Positions 12,800 to 25,230 of a stretch of DNA of 64,000 nucleotides are shown here, piece after piece (position 1 is the stretch's first letter; each line of letters begins with the position of its first letter). The translations under genes and the position numbers were made by a program. The stretch lies in NCBI RefSeq assembly GCF_009914755.1, contig NC_060925.1; one strand, 5' to 3'. The stretch comes from the human T2T-CHM13v2.0 reference genome, Homo sapiens. The notes beneath the pieces were generated by a model. It ran no database searches. It saw nothing but the letters and a program-made list of their open reading frames with translations, and was not told the DNA's origin.

Positions 12800-14617
12800 T
12801 CCACCCATATTGAGTGGTTAAGGAACCGGCCACTGATAAATGAAGTGGACCCTAAAGATTGCTATCATCCTTCTGCCATTATTGGGGTTCCATTGTTCAG
12901 TTAAGAAAGTGAATGAAATCTAGAAAATCAGCATTTCCAATTAAAAAGGCGTTAAAGCCTAAGGACATGAAGAAAATAACCTTTTAATTTCTGAGATGAA
13001 TGAACAAAGAAATTTTTCTAAGTGGTATCTTCTATTTCTATAGCAGCCATAAATCATACCATTGGGAGCTGTACCATTTTACTTTTAAATGTACGTTTTT
13101 GAAAAGAACACAGTCGTTTCTTATTATTCTCCTTTTGTACAATTTCATTGCATTCATAACCAGTCAAAGGGTCCTGATGATTCTCCGGCAGAAAAACTAT
13201 TTGTTATATTCACAGTCCAAGTGCCTACTGATTAGCACAGGTATTTTGCATTAGCTGATTGGGATAGAAGTACAGTCTTCCTCTAAGCTTTACTGCTTTC
13301 TCCATTTTCCATTTTTTGTTATTTTTCAGGCCTGGATTCCTTTCACTTGGTTCATTCTCTTAAGAATTACCAGCCACAGAATGATGTTTTTATTTATTTG
13401 AAAAGTTTATGTCCATTTGCAAATGATTCAAGACAAGACTGAGAATTCCACTGCCTGATTTGCAGAAAGTTGTTGCTGCCTGAAAATGTGCTGGGCATGT
13501 CCTGTTGATAGATAGTACAAATAAACAGTGTTAATACAATGGGCAAACTTCAGAGCATTTCCATAGCTCCCGACTATTGAATGATATACAAAAATATATG
13601 ACTTGGGGACAGCTGAAATTGTTTCCACACTTTGAGCTCTGCTTCCATTAGACTGGTTCACAATATTAGATTGAATCCCAAGGTGCTACTGATAATCATC
13701 AGCTGCTTTTCTTGCCAAGAATCTTTGTTTAAATGTATTCTTTCATTATCCATGTGCTTTTGAAAAAAATGAGGGAAAGAATGCTTTTAATTGAATAATC
13801 TGTATTCTGTCAGGTATTTCTTCTCCGTAGGAAGGTATCTGAAAACTTACTTTACTTTGCTGTTTTTATTTATCCTGCCAGTGTAGTATATTGATGAGAG
13901 AACTGAGGTCCAATAGTGTTAAAACAAGACATGAAATATTGATTAATTCTTCTTTTAAATTCTCTTTTTACCCCTGAGTATAACAGATTTCAGAAGCTGC
14001 TGCCAATACCATGCTCTCCAATAAACCTCCATTATTGGAAGGGGGGTCTTGATACCCTTCAGGCTTTGATAAATGATTATTATGCTTTTGAAATGTTAGC
14101 TTTGAGTGCCTGAGGCTTGACTTTCATCAGTTCAAGAAAGAAACAGTAGAACTGAAGCTGCAAAGTTTGAGCCAAAGGCCCCCAAAGGAACCATTTCATG
14201 AAAGGAGTTAACCATAGATACTGTGGCTTCTGAACTCGTTGTCCTTGTCCCACCTGATACTTTTTCTGCATTCCTAATTGTACATTCCCCCATTGCAGGC
14301 TAAGACTTGCCCTTTGGGTCTAGGCCTACTGAGTTTGCTGATTTCTAAGGTTAAAAAGTAAGATAATGGGTTTAGATGGACTTGTAAAGAAGGGAGAAGG
14401 AAGTACGATGCTTGGTTGGATGAAGAAAATCAGGGGACTGTGAATGAGCAGAGTAGGAACTGGAGATTATAGGAATCTGGCTGTTTAGGGTCAAGGACGC
14501 CCTCAGAGCAATCACCCTAAGGCAAGAATAGGCCCTGGGGAGTCAAGAAATCCACTGCCCTCTTAGGACCCAGATGAGCTTGGAACAGAGGGGAATCTGA
14601 TAAAATGTATAAGAGAA

Positions 14618-14693
14618 CTGCACAGGACAGCCACTGCACAACAAAGAGTTATCCTGTCCAAAATGTTAATAGTGCTGAGATTGATAAACTCTA
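14618..14693 (+). mobile_element. MER20 3' fragment (hAT-Charlie)
   Basis: tgcacaggacagcc...caacaaagagttatcctgtccaaaatgttaatagtgctgagattga resembles the MER20 end. Confidence 0.7.
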
Positions 14694-15633
14694 ATCTAGA
14701 GAAAGTGCTACAATTTTTTGCCATCAAAGTATGAATTTCTTGAGTTCAGAACCCAACTCATTGAGCTATTGGTATTCAATAATTAGCAGAGCATCCTGTG
14801 AATAGATAATAAATCCAACATAATCCAGTTCTCTTTTGAAAAGTAGCCATTTCCATTTCCTCAGTTCCTCCCCTGAAATTATCTGAAAGGGAAATGTCAC
14901 TCAGTTAGAAGGCTCCAGCTTGCCAGATAATGGGAGGAAAGTGCTTCACGATATCTTTCCAGAAATGAGAAGAGGACAGAGTGTGCTCAGAAACAGAGGT
15001 ACAGGCAAATGAAGGTTGCTGACAGCCAAAAACACTGAGACTGGTAAACATCATGATAGCTGAACAGACGAGGAATCCCTGTATCCATGTGATGGCCTTT
15101 CGACATGAAGGAATAGGGGTAAACATCAAGGGTAAAGTAGCTTATATTTTATTGAAATAAACTAGATGAAAGGTCGTATCTTAAATGATATGTCTTCAAG
15201 CATGTGCTACATCAAGGTCTTGACGGCATCATTTTCCCAAGAGATATGCCAGTAAATTTAAGTAGTTTCCAAGTTGTAAGTATCTTGATTACCAAGGAGC
15301 AGCAGGGTGCAGAGCCTGACCGGTAAAATCAAAGGATTGATGGCTTCCTCTTCACACGCCTGCCTTTATTTTCCCCTGCATGGCCCATTATTCTGCTGCA
15401 TTAATTTAAGCTTTCCTATTGCACAGAATTAGGGGCTTAAATTCTCTTATCATCCCTGTGGGAATCTTGATTGTTTATTTGTGGATGAGAATAATTGTTT
15501 TTATTGATCCCCAAATGTGGAAGGTAAAAAAAAATGCTATGGTTGATGGCCAGCTGATACATAGTTAGTGCTGCGTGCATGAGTGACAAATTATGAGACA
15601 GTATTTGGCCCCAGAGGATATCCTTTAAGAATT

Positions 15634-15681
15634 TTTAAGGCATTTGATAGTTATCACTTTAAGGCATTTGATAGTTATCAC
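15634..15681. repeat. Perfect 2 x 24-bp tandem duplication
   Basis: tttaaggcatttgatagttatcac repeated twice. Confidence 0.97.
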
Positions 15682-16999
15682 TAAGTCTTTCCAAGCTGGA
15701 AATCATAAACAATTTCACATACATCAGGTAAAGTCTTTTTGTTGTAGTTTTCATTGAAACTTAAAGGTCTAGTTGTGTGTAATTTATAATTTCTCATTTC
15801 CAGTATGCTCACACAGCAACTCGGTAGAGTTTGGAAATGGTACGGCTACAAGACATTCTGGAGCCAGTGCTATCAGGCCAGTGAGTTCCTCTAGGGACCC
15901 AGATTACTAGGCATTTATTTGGAAGAATTCCTGGATTCATCCAGAAGTTGTCATTATTCCACTGCAAGCATCATTGTATGGACATTAGCTCCAAATAGTT
16001 AGAGAAAAGAACTACTTTGCTAGCCCTAGCTTGTACTGTGGGTAGGAAACCCCCTGCCATTTAACATCCCAAATATATCAGAGGCATCAGGGAAAGGAAC
16101 TGCAACTGTCAATTAAGTGCTGTTTGTAGGACAGGGCACTTGGGCAGTATGAGCCTCCCCCATCTGAATCAAATGCAACACATCTTGTTTAAAGAGCTAT
16201 TGAGCTAATTAGCATGGCATGTCTACACAGAAATAAAACAAATCAGGTTAGGTCCTAAAGGAATCAAGTATCAGAAATGTGGTAAAGTTTCCTTATTAGG
16301 TGGTAAGATGGCAAGATCCTTGACCAGATGCCAAACCCTGAAATTCTTGATCTTCTTTTCCTGTGCTAAAGAGAACATAGATATATAGAGAAGCCACTAA
16401 TGACCATTGTATCTTCTTTATTCTTTGAGGGCTGTGTTCTGGAAGCTTACTGTTGAACCTTCAGAAACGACTGTGTGGGCTAGACCAGAATGAGTCAGGA
16501 GAGCTTGCTTGTTTCACAGAATAAGTGTCCATATGTCACAAAGAGGATCTTCCTCTTTTTCCTGGGGATATCATATTATCTTTGTCTTTGATAATTAGCA
16601 CCTCTGTGAAGGGACCACATCAAAGGGAGGATGATTTTTCCTAATTATGATTTTTTTTTCTCACTCAAATTCACCTTTACCCTTAGCACTATGGTTCAGT
16701 TATGGCCTTGGCCTTCGTCAGCCATTGCAACACCTTCCATGAGTGGCAGTGTAAAGGAGGGAATCATGGAGTTCTCCCCACAAAAGTTTTGTGACTATTG
16801 TCACTACCATTGCAAGGTAAAAACTTTATACCCAGCTTATATTTTTATATATACCCCATACATTTAGTGTCATGCCCATCACACAAGGGAGCATGAAATG
16901 TGATCTGACCTATTCACATGTTTGCTCATTACAACATCCAATATGCATAGAGCATGGTACCGCACAGTGGTTAAAACTTAATTACAGACTGTTGAGGGT

Positions 17000-17345
17000 G
17001 ATGATCACAGAATCATAGTTCAACCATCTCATTTTAGACACAAGGAAAATAAGACCCAGAGAGGCTAAATAAGTGGCCAAAGCCTCATGTTCGAGTAGCA
17101 GCAGAGCTGCAATATGAAACCAGATATCCTCACTCCAATTCTAACTGCACTCTGTGTTGACTCTGAAACACATGGCTGTGCTTTGTTGCACTGTATTGTG
17201 ATCAATTGTTTTAACATGTGTGCCTCCCTCACTAGACCATGTACTCTTAAGAAAATATTCATCACCAGCTTCCTAGCACAGTCAGTGGCACATAATAGGA
17301 TCCCAATAAATGTTGGTTGAAAAAGTGAATAAATGAGTAAATACA
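17000..17345. mobile_element. MIR (-) followed by an L2 tail (+)
   Basis: cattttagacacaaggaaaataagacccagagagg (MIR); cctagcacagtcagtggcacataat...aataaatgttggttga (L2). Confidence 0.6.
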
Positions 17346-18102
17346 TGAGACCTGATTTTTTCCTCATCATATAGAAACAAACAAATGCCGTAACTTTTAG
17401 TGATCTCTATGAGTGCTTGGTCAGCCTGATAATGAAGAATAGACAAGATAGGGAGTGAAAGGTAGAAAAAAATAGTATGAGAAAGAAGAGAAAAAAAAAG
17501 AATATACAATTCCATAGGAATAATAACCAGACAAATTCAGTACATAGACAAAATATTTAGATTCAATTTGGGAGCATTTTGTCAAGACTCTTGCCTCTTC
17601 TGATCTCTTCTCATTTTCAAATAAGGGCTTTTTAAGCAGATGGTGCTTTAAGCAATTCCCATCATTGCTGCTCCTCCTCAAACCCCAGAATGCAGGATTG
17701 ACTGCAGGTTAAGTTGTCTAAAAGGCAAAGTTGTTCGTTACTGTAGCTCACTTCCCTGAGATACGTCTTCCCATTCATTTTGCATCTATTGCTGCCCCAT
17801 GTTGCTGCTACTGTCACAGAGGAAAGTGCATGTAACTCACTGTGATCTAGTTTCTGGGATATTTTCCATACACCAGAAGATGCGAAGGAATGGCTACTTA
17901 GGTAGTAACATTTCAGACTCAGTGACAAGTATGCAGAGAGGATGTATATGGGCTGAGTCTGTGTATCCTTGTAAATCACCCAAAGTCAATGCAAGTAAAG
18001 GCTAAAAAATCCAATTATCAACCCCCACTGTGAGTTTGTGTTTTTCCTGAAATGCTGGCACATTGTAAGTAATTTGACACTAAGTAGTGCCTGTTAAAAA
18101 GA

Positions 18103-18120
18103 AGCAGCAGCAGCAGCAGC
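18103..18120. repeat. (AGC)6
   Basis: Direct observation. Confidence 0.9.
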
Positions 18121-19459
18121 AAAGGATTCAAGGCTCCTAATTATAGCACACTGATGGCTTGGTACTGGGATGTGCATCAACAATATTGAGCATCAGTAGG
18201 GAGCAAGTACTGGCTGGAGGGCTGTATCCAGAGAGCGGTTATCAGTATCTAAGTGTCAGTTTGAACTGGCTGTGCTCCTGTAGGCCAAGAAGTCTATATG
18301 GAAGATAGACCATTTAATCTTTTTCAGAGGTGTTGCTACACAGCTATCAAACAAATTGGGGTGCTCCAAATGCCCCCGTGGAGAGTTTTAAGGAGATGGA
18401 CAGTCATCTCTTTTGAATGGATTGAGTCACACTGGCTAAAGACAAATATGGAGATCCAGCTTTTCATTTAACATTCCTTTGAACCATTTGGAACTTGGCA
18501 GATGCCCAATCAGCACTTCATCCAAGTACATCACCACCTTCCCCCTCAGTTCCTGCATTTCCCAGCTCTTCTTTGAACATACCAACCATACTTCCATATT
18601 TGTGATTTTGTCCTTGCCCTTCCCTCTTCCTGAAATACCTTTTCCTCATGTGGTCCAAGTGGCTTCTTCCTCCTTGACCCTCCCCTCTGTCTTTTTCAGA
18701 TCTTTGTTCCCATGATCAAAGAAGGCTTTCCTAGCCAAACTTTATAATATAGCTACCTCCAAATCCAACCCACTGGCCTTCACAAAGACAGAAGGTTTGG
18801 TTGTTTTGATCGTTGTTGTATCCCCAGCCTCCATAACAGTGATTACCATGTAGCTTGTTCAATGGAAATACAATGAAGAAGTTGGTAACATAGGTCTTAA
18901 AAAGGAAAAGTCTTGTCTTATAATGCCTGGAAAGCAGTTAAGAAATCTTTTCAGATGCTTTCATTTCAAGTTATTCACATACACTGCATGTAAGTTACAC
19001 TTAGAAACCCAAGCAGCCTTCAAGAAAGTAGTAATATGTCCAGTTAAGCAAGATAGCACTATTATCATTCAGTTCCCATCTGGGCTCCAAGCAACTTTAA
19101 GAGAATCTTTCCTCTGATAGACAGGACTAATTTGTGTCTTATGGAAAATTAAATAAATTATTTTTCACCTGAAGGGATAAGATTATTTGACTTCAGATAT
19201 TTGCTATATGGCTTCTCTTCCACACAACATAGCTTTGAGGCTTAAGGTAGTAAGAGCAAGAGCATTCCTATAAATTATTCAGAGATAATTCAAAACAAGT
19301 GTGCATCTTTGACATATTGTCAAGTTTCTCAATGCTTTTTCCTGATAACAAGTGCTATGTTTTTGATGAAATGTTGCTCGTTTCTCACACACCTTATTGT
19401 TCTGTGTGTGTGTTCTGTGTTTTGTTCTGTTTGTTATTGTTTGTTTTCATTTCCCTCAG

Positions 19460-19567
19460 AGTCCAGTCTGGCTCATATCTCAGCACAGGGTGGTTTACCT
19501 TCATTCTGGCCATGGACGCCTGTTATGGCATTCACGTCTACGGGATGATAAATGACACCTACTGCAA
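19460..19567 (+). CDS. ST6GALNAC3: Penultimate coding exon of alpha-N-acetylgalactosaminide alpha-2,6-sialyltransferase 3 (GT29), containing sialylmotif S
   Basis: cag|A GTC CAG... to ...TGC AA|gtaaga; 108 bp, phase 2/2. Translates (R)VQSGSYLSTGWFTFILAMDACYGIHVYGMINDTYC(K), with sialylmotif S and an N-D-T sequon. Confidence 0.96.
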
Positions 19568-20627
19568 GTAAGATCACAAGAAATTATTTTTATGCAGCTC
19601 CAATTCGGAGATCTTGTCAAAATATCACAATTCATTTTAATACCATAAATCTGAGAAACAGATAAAGCAACAATTATTTCCCAGTGTTCTTTGCTGACAT
19701 GACATTTTATTGTCAGTGCGTCAAGTTGTGACTTCTAGGGGTGAGAAAAAGAAAAATATTTACCAGTCTAATGTCAAATGTCAGGAGGAACACTTTTCCC
19801 TTAATCAGTGGCATAGCAGGGACTTTTGGCTTGAAAATACAGAAGAAGTTTAGTGGTTGTGTAATTTGCAAAAGCAAGTTTGTCATTTCTGCTGCTCTGA
19901 TGGCTTGATGGATAGCTATCTACTCAATGGTTAGTTAGATTTGATCATGAAGGACAAAATGTCCTGCAGCCTCAGAGAAACTGACAGCTTAACAAGAATT
20001 CCTGGAAATTATACTTCACTAGTAAGTGAGTAATCTGCCAGATCCTTATTTAAAATGAGTGTGTTTACCCACAGTATATCCTTGCTGGTGGGATAGTTTC
20101 TAATTAGATAATGAAACAAACCCTCCATGCTTCATCAGGATAATGGAATCTGTTTCCCTACCAACAATTGGCACAATATAATTCACAGACTGTTTTAATC
20201 ATAATGTCAAAATGGTAACTCTCAGCCACAGTCTTCATGAACAAATATTTCTTCCCTAACTATAAGCATAATGGAGCTCAGATGAGCCAATATCTTACTG
20301 TGAAAAATCACAGTTTCTTCAAGTTCTGCAAGAGGCTATCTAAAGTTTCTTCAATTATACACCATTTCCTTTTCAAAAGATAGCCATATGTTTGAATGTA
20401 ATTGGCATGATATATAAATTTTATTTGATCTATTAAACCACTAAAAACTTGGTACATCTTCCTAAAAGCTTTCATACATATAATAGCTTTTAACTGAGTT
20501 CATGGACAAGAATCATGTATGGGTTTGTGAGTAAATGCATTTACTGGGCACATAATGGATTCTTGTAAATGAGTGCTTCATTCTTCATCTCAATCTTTCT
20601 CTCCTTTTCTTTTTTTTTCTTTTCTAG
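19568..20627 (+). other. ST6GALNAC3: Last intron (1060 bp, GT-AG)
   Basis: GTAAGA donor; ~45-nt pyrimidine tract then TAG. Splicing joins AA+G to give Lys and keeps the frame. Confidence 0.95.
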
Positions 20628-20814
20628 GACAGAAGGGTATAGAAAAGTCCCCTACCATTATTATGAACAAGGAAGAGATGAGTGTGATGAATATTTTCTT
20701 CATGAACATGCCCCATATGGGGGTCATAGGTTTATCACTGAAAAGAAAGTGTTTGCTAAATGGGCCAAGAAGCACAGGATAATATTTACACATCCAAACT
20801 GGACATTGTCTTGA
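20628..20814 (+). CDS. ST6GALNAC3: Terminal coding exon of ST6GALNAC3 (motif III HYYE, sialylmotif VS HRFITE, TGA stop)
   Basis: tag|G ACA GAA GGG...; translates (K)TEGYRKVPYHYYEQGRDECDEYFLHEHAPYGGHRFITEKKVFAKWAKKHRIIFTHPNWTLS*, which I recognise as the ST6GalNAc III C-terminus. Confidence 0.96.
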
Positions 20815-22865
20815 TAATGGTTTTCCTGATCTTGCCGCATCACTTAATGTGATCCCCATACTGCAACTGTGATGCTGATGATGCTAATGGAGATGATGGT
20901 AATGATAAAGACAACAACAATGATTATCAAGTTCCTGTACACTCTCAGATGTGGATGGTGACTCTGCTAGTAATTTAAACTTGGCATTTCATGGAGGATG
21001 GTTGTGCTCATGATGTTCTTTCTGGAGGTTCAACACTACGTACCGCACTTTATAATTTAACTGGAATTGAGATGAAGGCCAGTGACATGACAACTGTGAC
21101 CTAAGAAATGGGAAGATTATCTTTCAAGATAGCTGCCTAGAATTGTTCGACAGTGAGTAACTTCCAGAAGCCAAAAGAGTTTGGCTTCATGAGGCAAGGT
21201 GATTGACTCAATGGCTTGTTGAATCTCAGCAGTTCCGCCATCTTGAAGAATGATTGATTGTCAAACACTGACCCAAGAACTGCTATCAGGGTGCAAGTAT
21301 CTTACTAGTTAGCCTAAGGATGGGAAAATATCTCTTCCTAATATACCATCTTTCTACAGTATTTCCTACAGCTAAAGCCTCAGGCCATTGCCTAATTAAC
21401 AATGAAGATTTCATGGACATCCTACACTTCAGGATTACTTGACTATCTCAAACACATAAATCAAAATGGGCCAAGTAGCAAATCTTGATGAATTTCCACT
21501 CTTACCATCCATTCTTACTACCAACAGTATAACTGAACATGTGATTAGAATGATCTATATTAATGTTTAGTTATTTTTGGTTGAGTGCTAAATATTTCAG
21601 AAGGCTACTTAACATGTAAGATACCAACTTCAACACTGTAATAACATATACTGTGAAAACATTCCTAAAAAGTAACCAAAGGGTTTGCTAACTCTGCTTC
21701 AACATCCAACAACACAAAACTATATGATTTTTAAAATCATGAAATAGAGACAGCAAAGCATATTTTTACATCAATTTGTATCCTATCATACTTCATAATA
21801 TATATTTGTATATTCAAATTTCTATTTTATAGGCCCAAGGTGTGTTTCTCCAAACATTACATTCTCATTGCCAAGTGCCAGCTGTTACACATGGAGAGGA
21901 AATGATTCCTTATATTAAACCTGACCAGAGCTTTTTGCCTTCTAGGGATTTATTTTTCCCATAGTGTATCAGTTGTTATGCCACAATAACAACAATAATA
22001 ATGTTCTTAATGTCCAAAGTGCTTTGTCATTTAGAGTCCTTTAACATCTGTTATACCATGTGATGCCCTTGAACACCCCATTGGGCTATTGTCTGTGTAT
22101 TCTGCTCTCTTTAGCAGATGATCTGTAATTTGGTCATTGTTCTGTTATATTCCAGATTGCTCTACTTGCTAATATTTGTATAGAATAGAATTTATGTAAA
22201 CTAGTAACCAGTTGATCTCTGTGCCAAATACATTATATCAGGATTACACAAAAAGTATCACAAAGGATGGTCTTGGCCATATGCTAGGGCCCCTGTGAAA
22301 ATAAGTAGTTTTGAGAAGTTTTTCTATATACGTATATATACACGTGTGGTTCTATTTAGGTGGGGAAAAAATGAAAAAGCAGGGACAACAGGAGGAAATG
22401 AAGGCAGAGAAATATAGTTTCCTTTCCTAGGATTGAGACAATTCTATTTTTCATATACTCGTTGCTCATTAAATAGTAAAGGGTTGATTTGCTGCAAGAG
22501 TAGCTGAGAATTCAAAAACATCCTTGCAGAATGATTCAAAAGACAAAAGCCAGGCTCAACTTATAGAATGTTTTGGAAACTGGAAGTAATGATACATTTC
22601 ACTTCAGAAGCACTTGTAGGTCTTTACTAGTGCTAAGTATTATGGTGAGCTATCATTAAAGTGTGCCATCTTGGATAAAGGCCTTTTGCCTACTCTCTTC
22701 TGCAATTTTGACACCTCAATATTCACACCCATAAACATTACTAAGCCCCAGTTCTATCGTTGGAAGGAGTTGTTATTCTTTTGTTGTTCCCTTATGCAAT
22801 TTTTAATTCTATGAATGTTAAGTTTTTTTGAGCTAATGATAGATAGAAATGCCCACTCAAAGAAA

Positions 22866-23001
22866 AATAAACAGAGACAAATGTTAAAATTGCCATACAG
22901 ACTGTTTTTCCCCCTGTTGTTTCACTTTAAAATAAAAAGAAATCCTTGATTAATCAGAATGGCTTGGGACATGAACTTAATTTATTTAGTTTTCTAATAA
23001 A
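22866..23001 (+). terminator. Proximal poly(A) signal cluster
   Basis: AATAAA at 22866, 22931 and 22996, with T/GT-rich sequence downstream (e.g. 22902-22922). Confidence 0.55.
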
Positions 23002-25049
23002 TGAAGGGCCAACTCTTATTTGTTCTAGCCCCTACTGATGAGAAACATTTGAAAACTTGCTTGCTCTCCTGCCTCGTTGTAGCTTTCTCTGATGAAGACT
23101 TCTGCAGTATATTGTATCCCTCACTCTATAGCAGAAGGTGTGTGTGGAATATGTAGACTCCAGTGTTTTCTTAGGAGGGGTGGGAAAGGGCTTTCTTTCC
23201 TCTCCTCTCCTCTCGTCTCCTCTTTCTTTCCTTTCTTTTTGCAACTAAACTGCTACTCTACACTTTTTATTGTTGTTTTCTTTGTCTTTTTCTTTCTACA
23301 AACAGGAAACAAAAAAAAAAAAACAAGTTTTTCTCAATTTGGAGACTCAATTGAATAATTTCCAGTATAATCAGCATTTTGATAGAATCTCACAACTTAT
23401 TTTTCTCTGCTTTTATTTCCTGTTTTTCTTTGTTCCATCTTTCTAATTCTAGTGAAAATGCAAAGTCTAATTTCTCCCATGTTGAGAATAAATTTTTCAT
23501 CTATGATTTGCTGATAGAGAAGAGCTTGGTAAGGGAGCAATTCAAGGAAACTATTTTGCCATGCACATTTCTGATCAATTCCCACAGATTCTGGTCAAAT
23601 GAAAGATATTCTATCCAACATTTAAACATTGAAAAATTTAACTGAACTTACTTATCACTGATGTGTATTTATCCCAGAAATTAATTAATATCTGTGAAAA
23701 AGAAAAATATTTCAATACTATCCGTGCTTCTTGGAAAATGAACTATAAAAAAGGGTCACAATTTTTCTGAAATTGGCATGAAAACATTCAAGATAAAAAT
23801 AATAGACTAAACATTATTTTCTGTTATGCATAATTCTATGAAAAAGCAAGGTAATTTAAAAAGAGTTTTAAAATGTGTGTTTGAATCTTTTCCAATTTAA
23901 CCAAGTGAGAAGTAGCAATGATTTACATTGTTATGATGATAATGTGAATAAGAAACCTTTTAGAGTATATGATTTTACATTGCTATCAAACCTATCAAAG
24001 AAAAGGCAATTGGAATTTGGAGGAATGTTTGTATATATGCACATAGAGTCTATTTGTGTGTGTGTGAACGCACATATATATACATCTATATACTTATAAC
24101 TATATATAAAGGCATATATATAATCCTATATTCTTCACTGGTGCATGTGAATCACAGAAAGCCCTATTTTAGACTTCATCTGAAATTCGTTGGGTTACAT
24201 TTTGAATCCTGATGAAAAAAGCAAAAATCCAAATTAAATGGACTGATTGCTAAGAGTACGTAAAATCATATTCAAAAGCTGGCCAGAAGAATAAAGCTAG
24301 AGAAGCTGCTAAATCTAGAAAACACAATCAGATGCCACAGTTGTCACAAATCAGACTTGTAAGTATAGCAATCTGTATTGTAGGTTCTGCCGATTGCAGG
24401 CTTAGCTAAAGTCACATTGAAAAACATTGCATCAAGCTTCATTCACACTGAAGTAAATGAACATTGGTCCTCCTATTCAAATAAGCCAGTCTTTAGCATA
24501 AGCAAAATCCAGATTTGCATGATTTTTATTATATAGCTACAGAACTGTGACCACTGTGAAAAAGGAAAATTATACAAGGAGATTGCTCTTGGAGGATTTG
24601 GTATGAATCAGCTGAGGTAGGAACAAGAGTCTGAATTGGGGACCTGCTGACCTTCCAAGAAGTAGAAGGCCATCAGAAGAAAATCACTGTTACTTAGAGA
24701 AGAGACAACACTAAAGTACTTCACCTGGTAGTGTTAATTGGATGTTAATTATGAGCTCGGTTTAATTTCAATAAGCAAGAAAATATAATCAGATGACTGA
24801 TTTTAAAAAAAACAACAACAATGTGCCCATCTAGCCTTTAATGTGACATGTCAAATGCAAATAATAAATTATGTTATTCAGTGTCAGTTGTTTGCATGTC
24901 TTAGCACAACAAAGGATTTACAGTCTGAGGGCCAAGAGAGAAAAAATGCTTTTTTCTTAAAACAGCATATTTAAAAGACAAGACCTCATCATTTCAGTAG
25001 TGTACATAGATTAGTGACTGAAGGAGCCAGTGCTAGCCTTTTTAAGTAG

Positions 25050-25230
25050 TTCAGGCTTTTAGAGCTGAAAGAGATTTTAAAGACCAGCCAATTCAACTCC
25101 TACACCTTGGAGCTGAGGAAACAGACAGAGGTGAAGTGACTTGCCTGTAGTTATAAACTGGACTAATGGCAGTACTGAGACTCAAATTCTTGTCTCATGT
25201 TTTCTTCTCTAGTGCTTTTTCCACTACACT
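25050..25230 (-). mobile_element. MIR inside the extended 3' UTR
   Basis: gctgaggaaacagacagaggtgaagtgacttgcc core. Confidence 0.6.

Noticed and set aside
13311-13332. Acceptor-like ttttttgttatttttcAG|G as a cryptic exon start
   Set aside because: No convincing nearby donor or coding signal.
19299-19459. Hydrophobic/Cys-rich N-terminal part of ORF 19299-19571 (likewise the Phe-rich start of 20569-20814)
   Set aside because: Translation of intronic pyrimidine/UG tracts upstream of the true acceptors.
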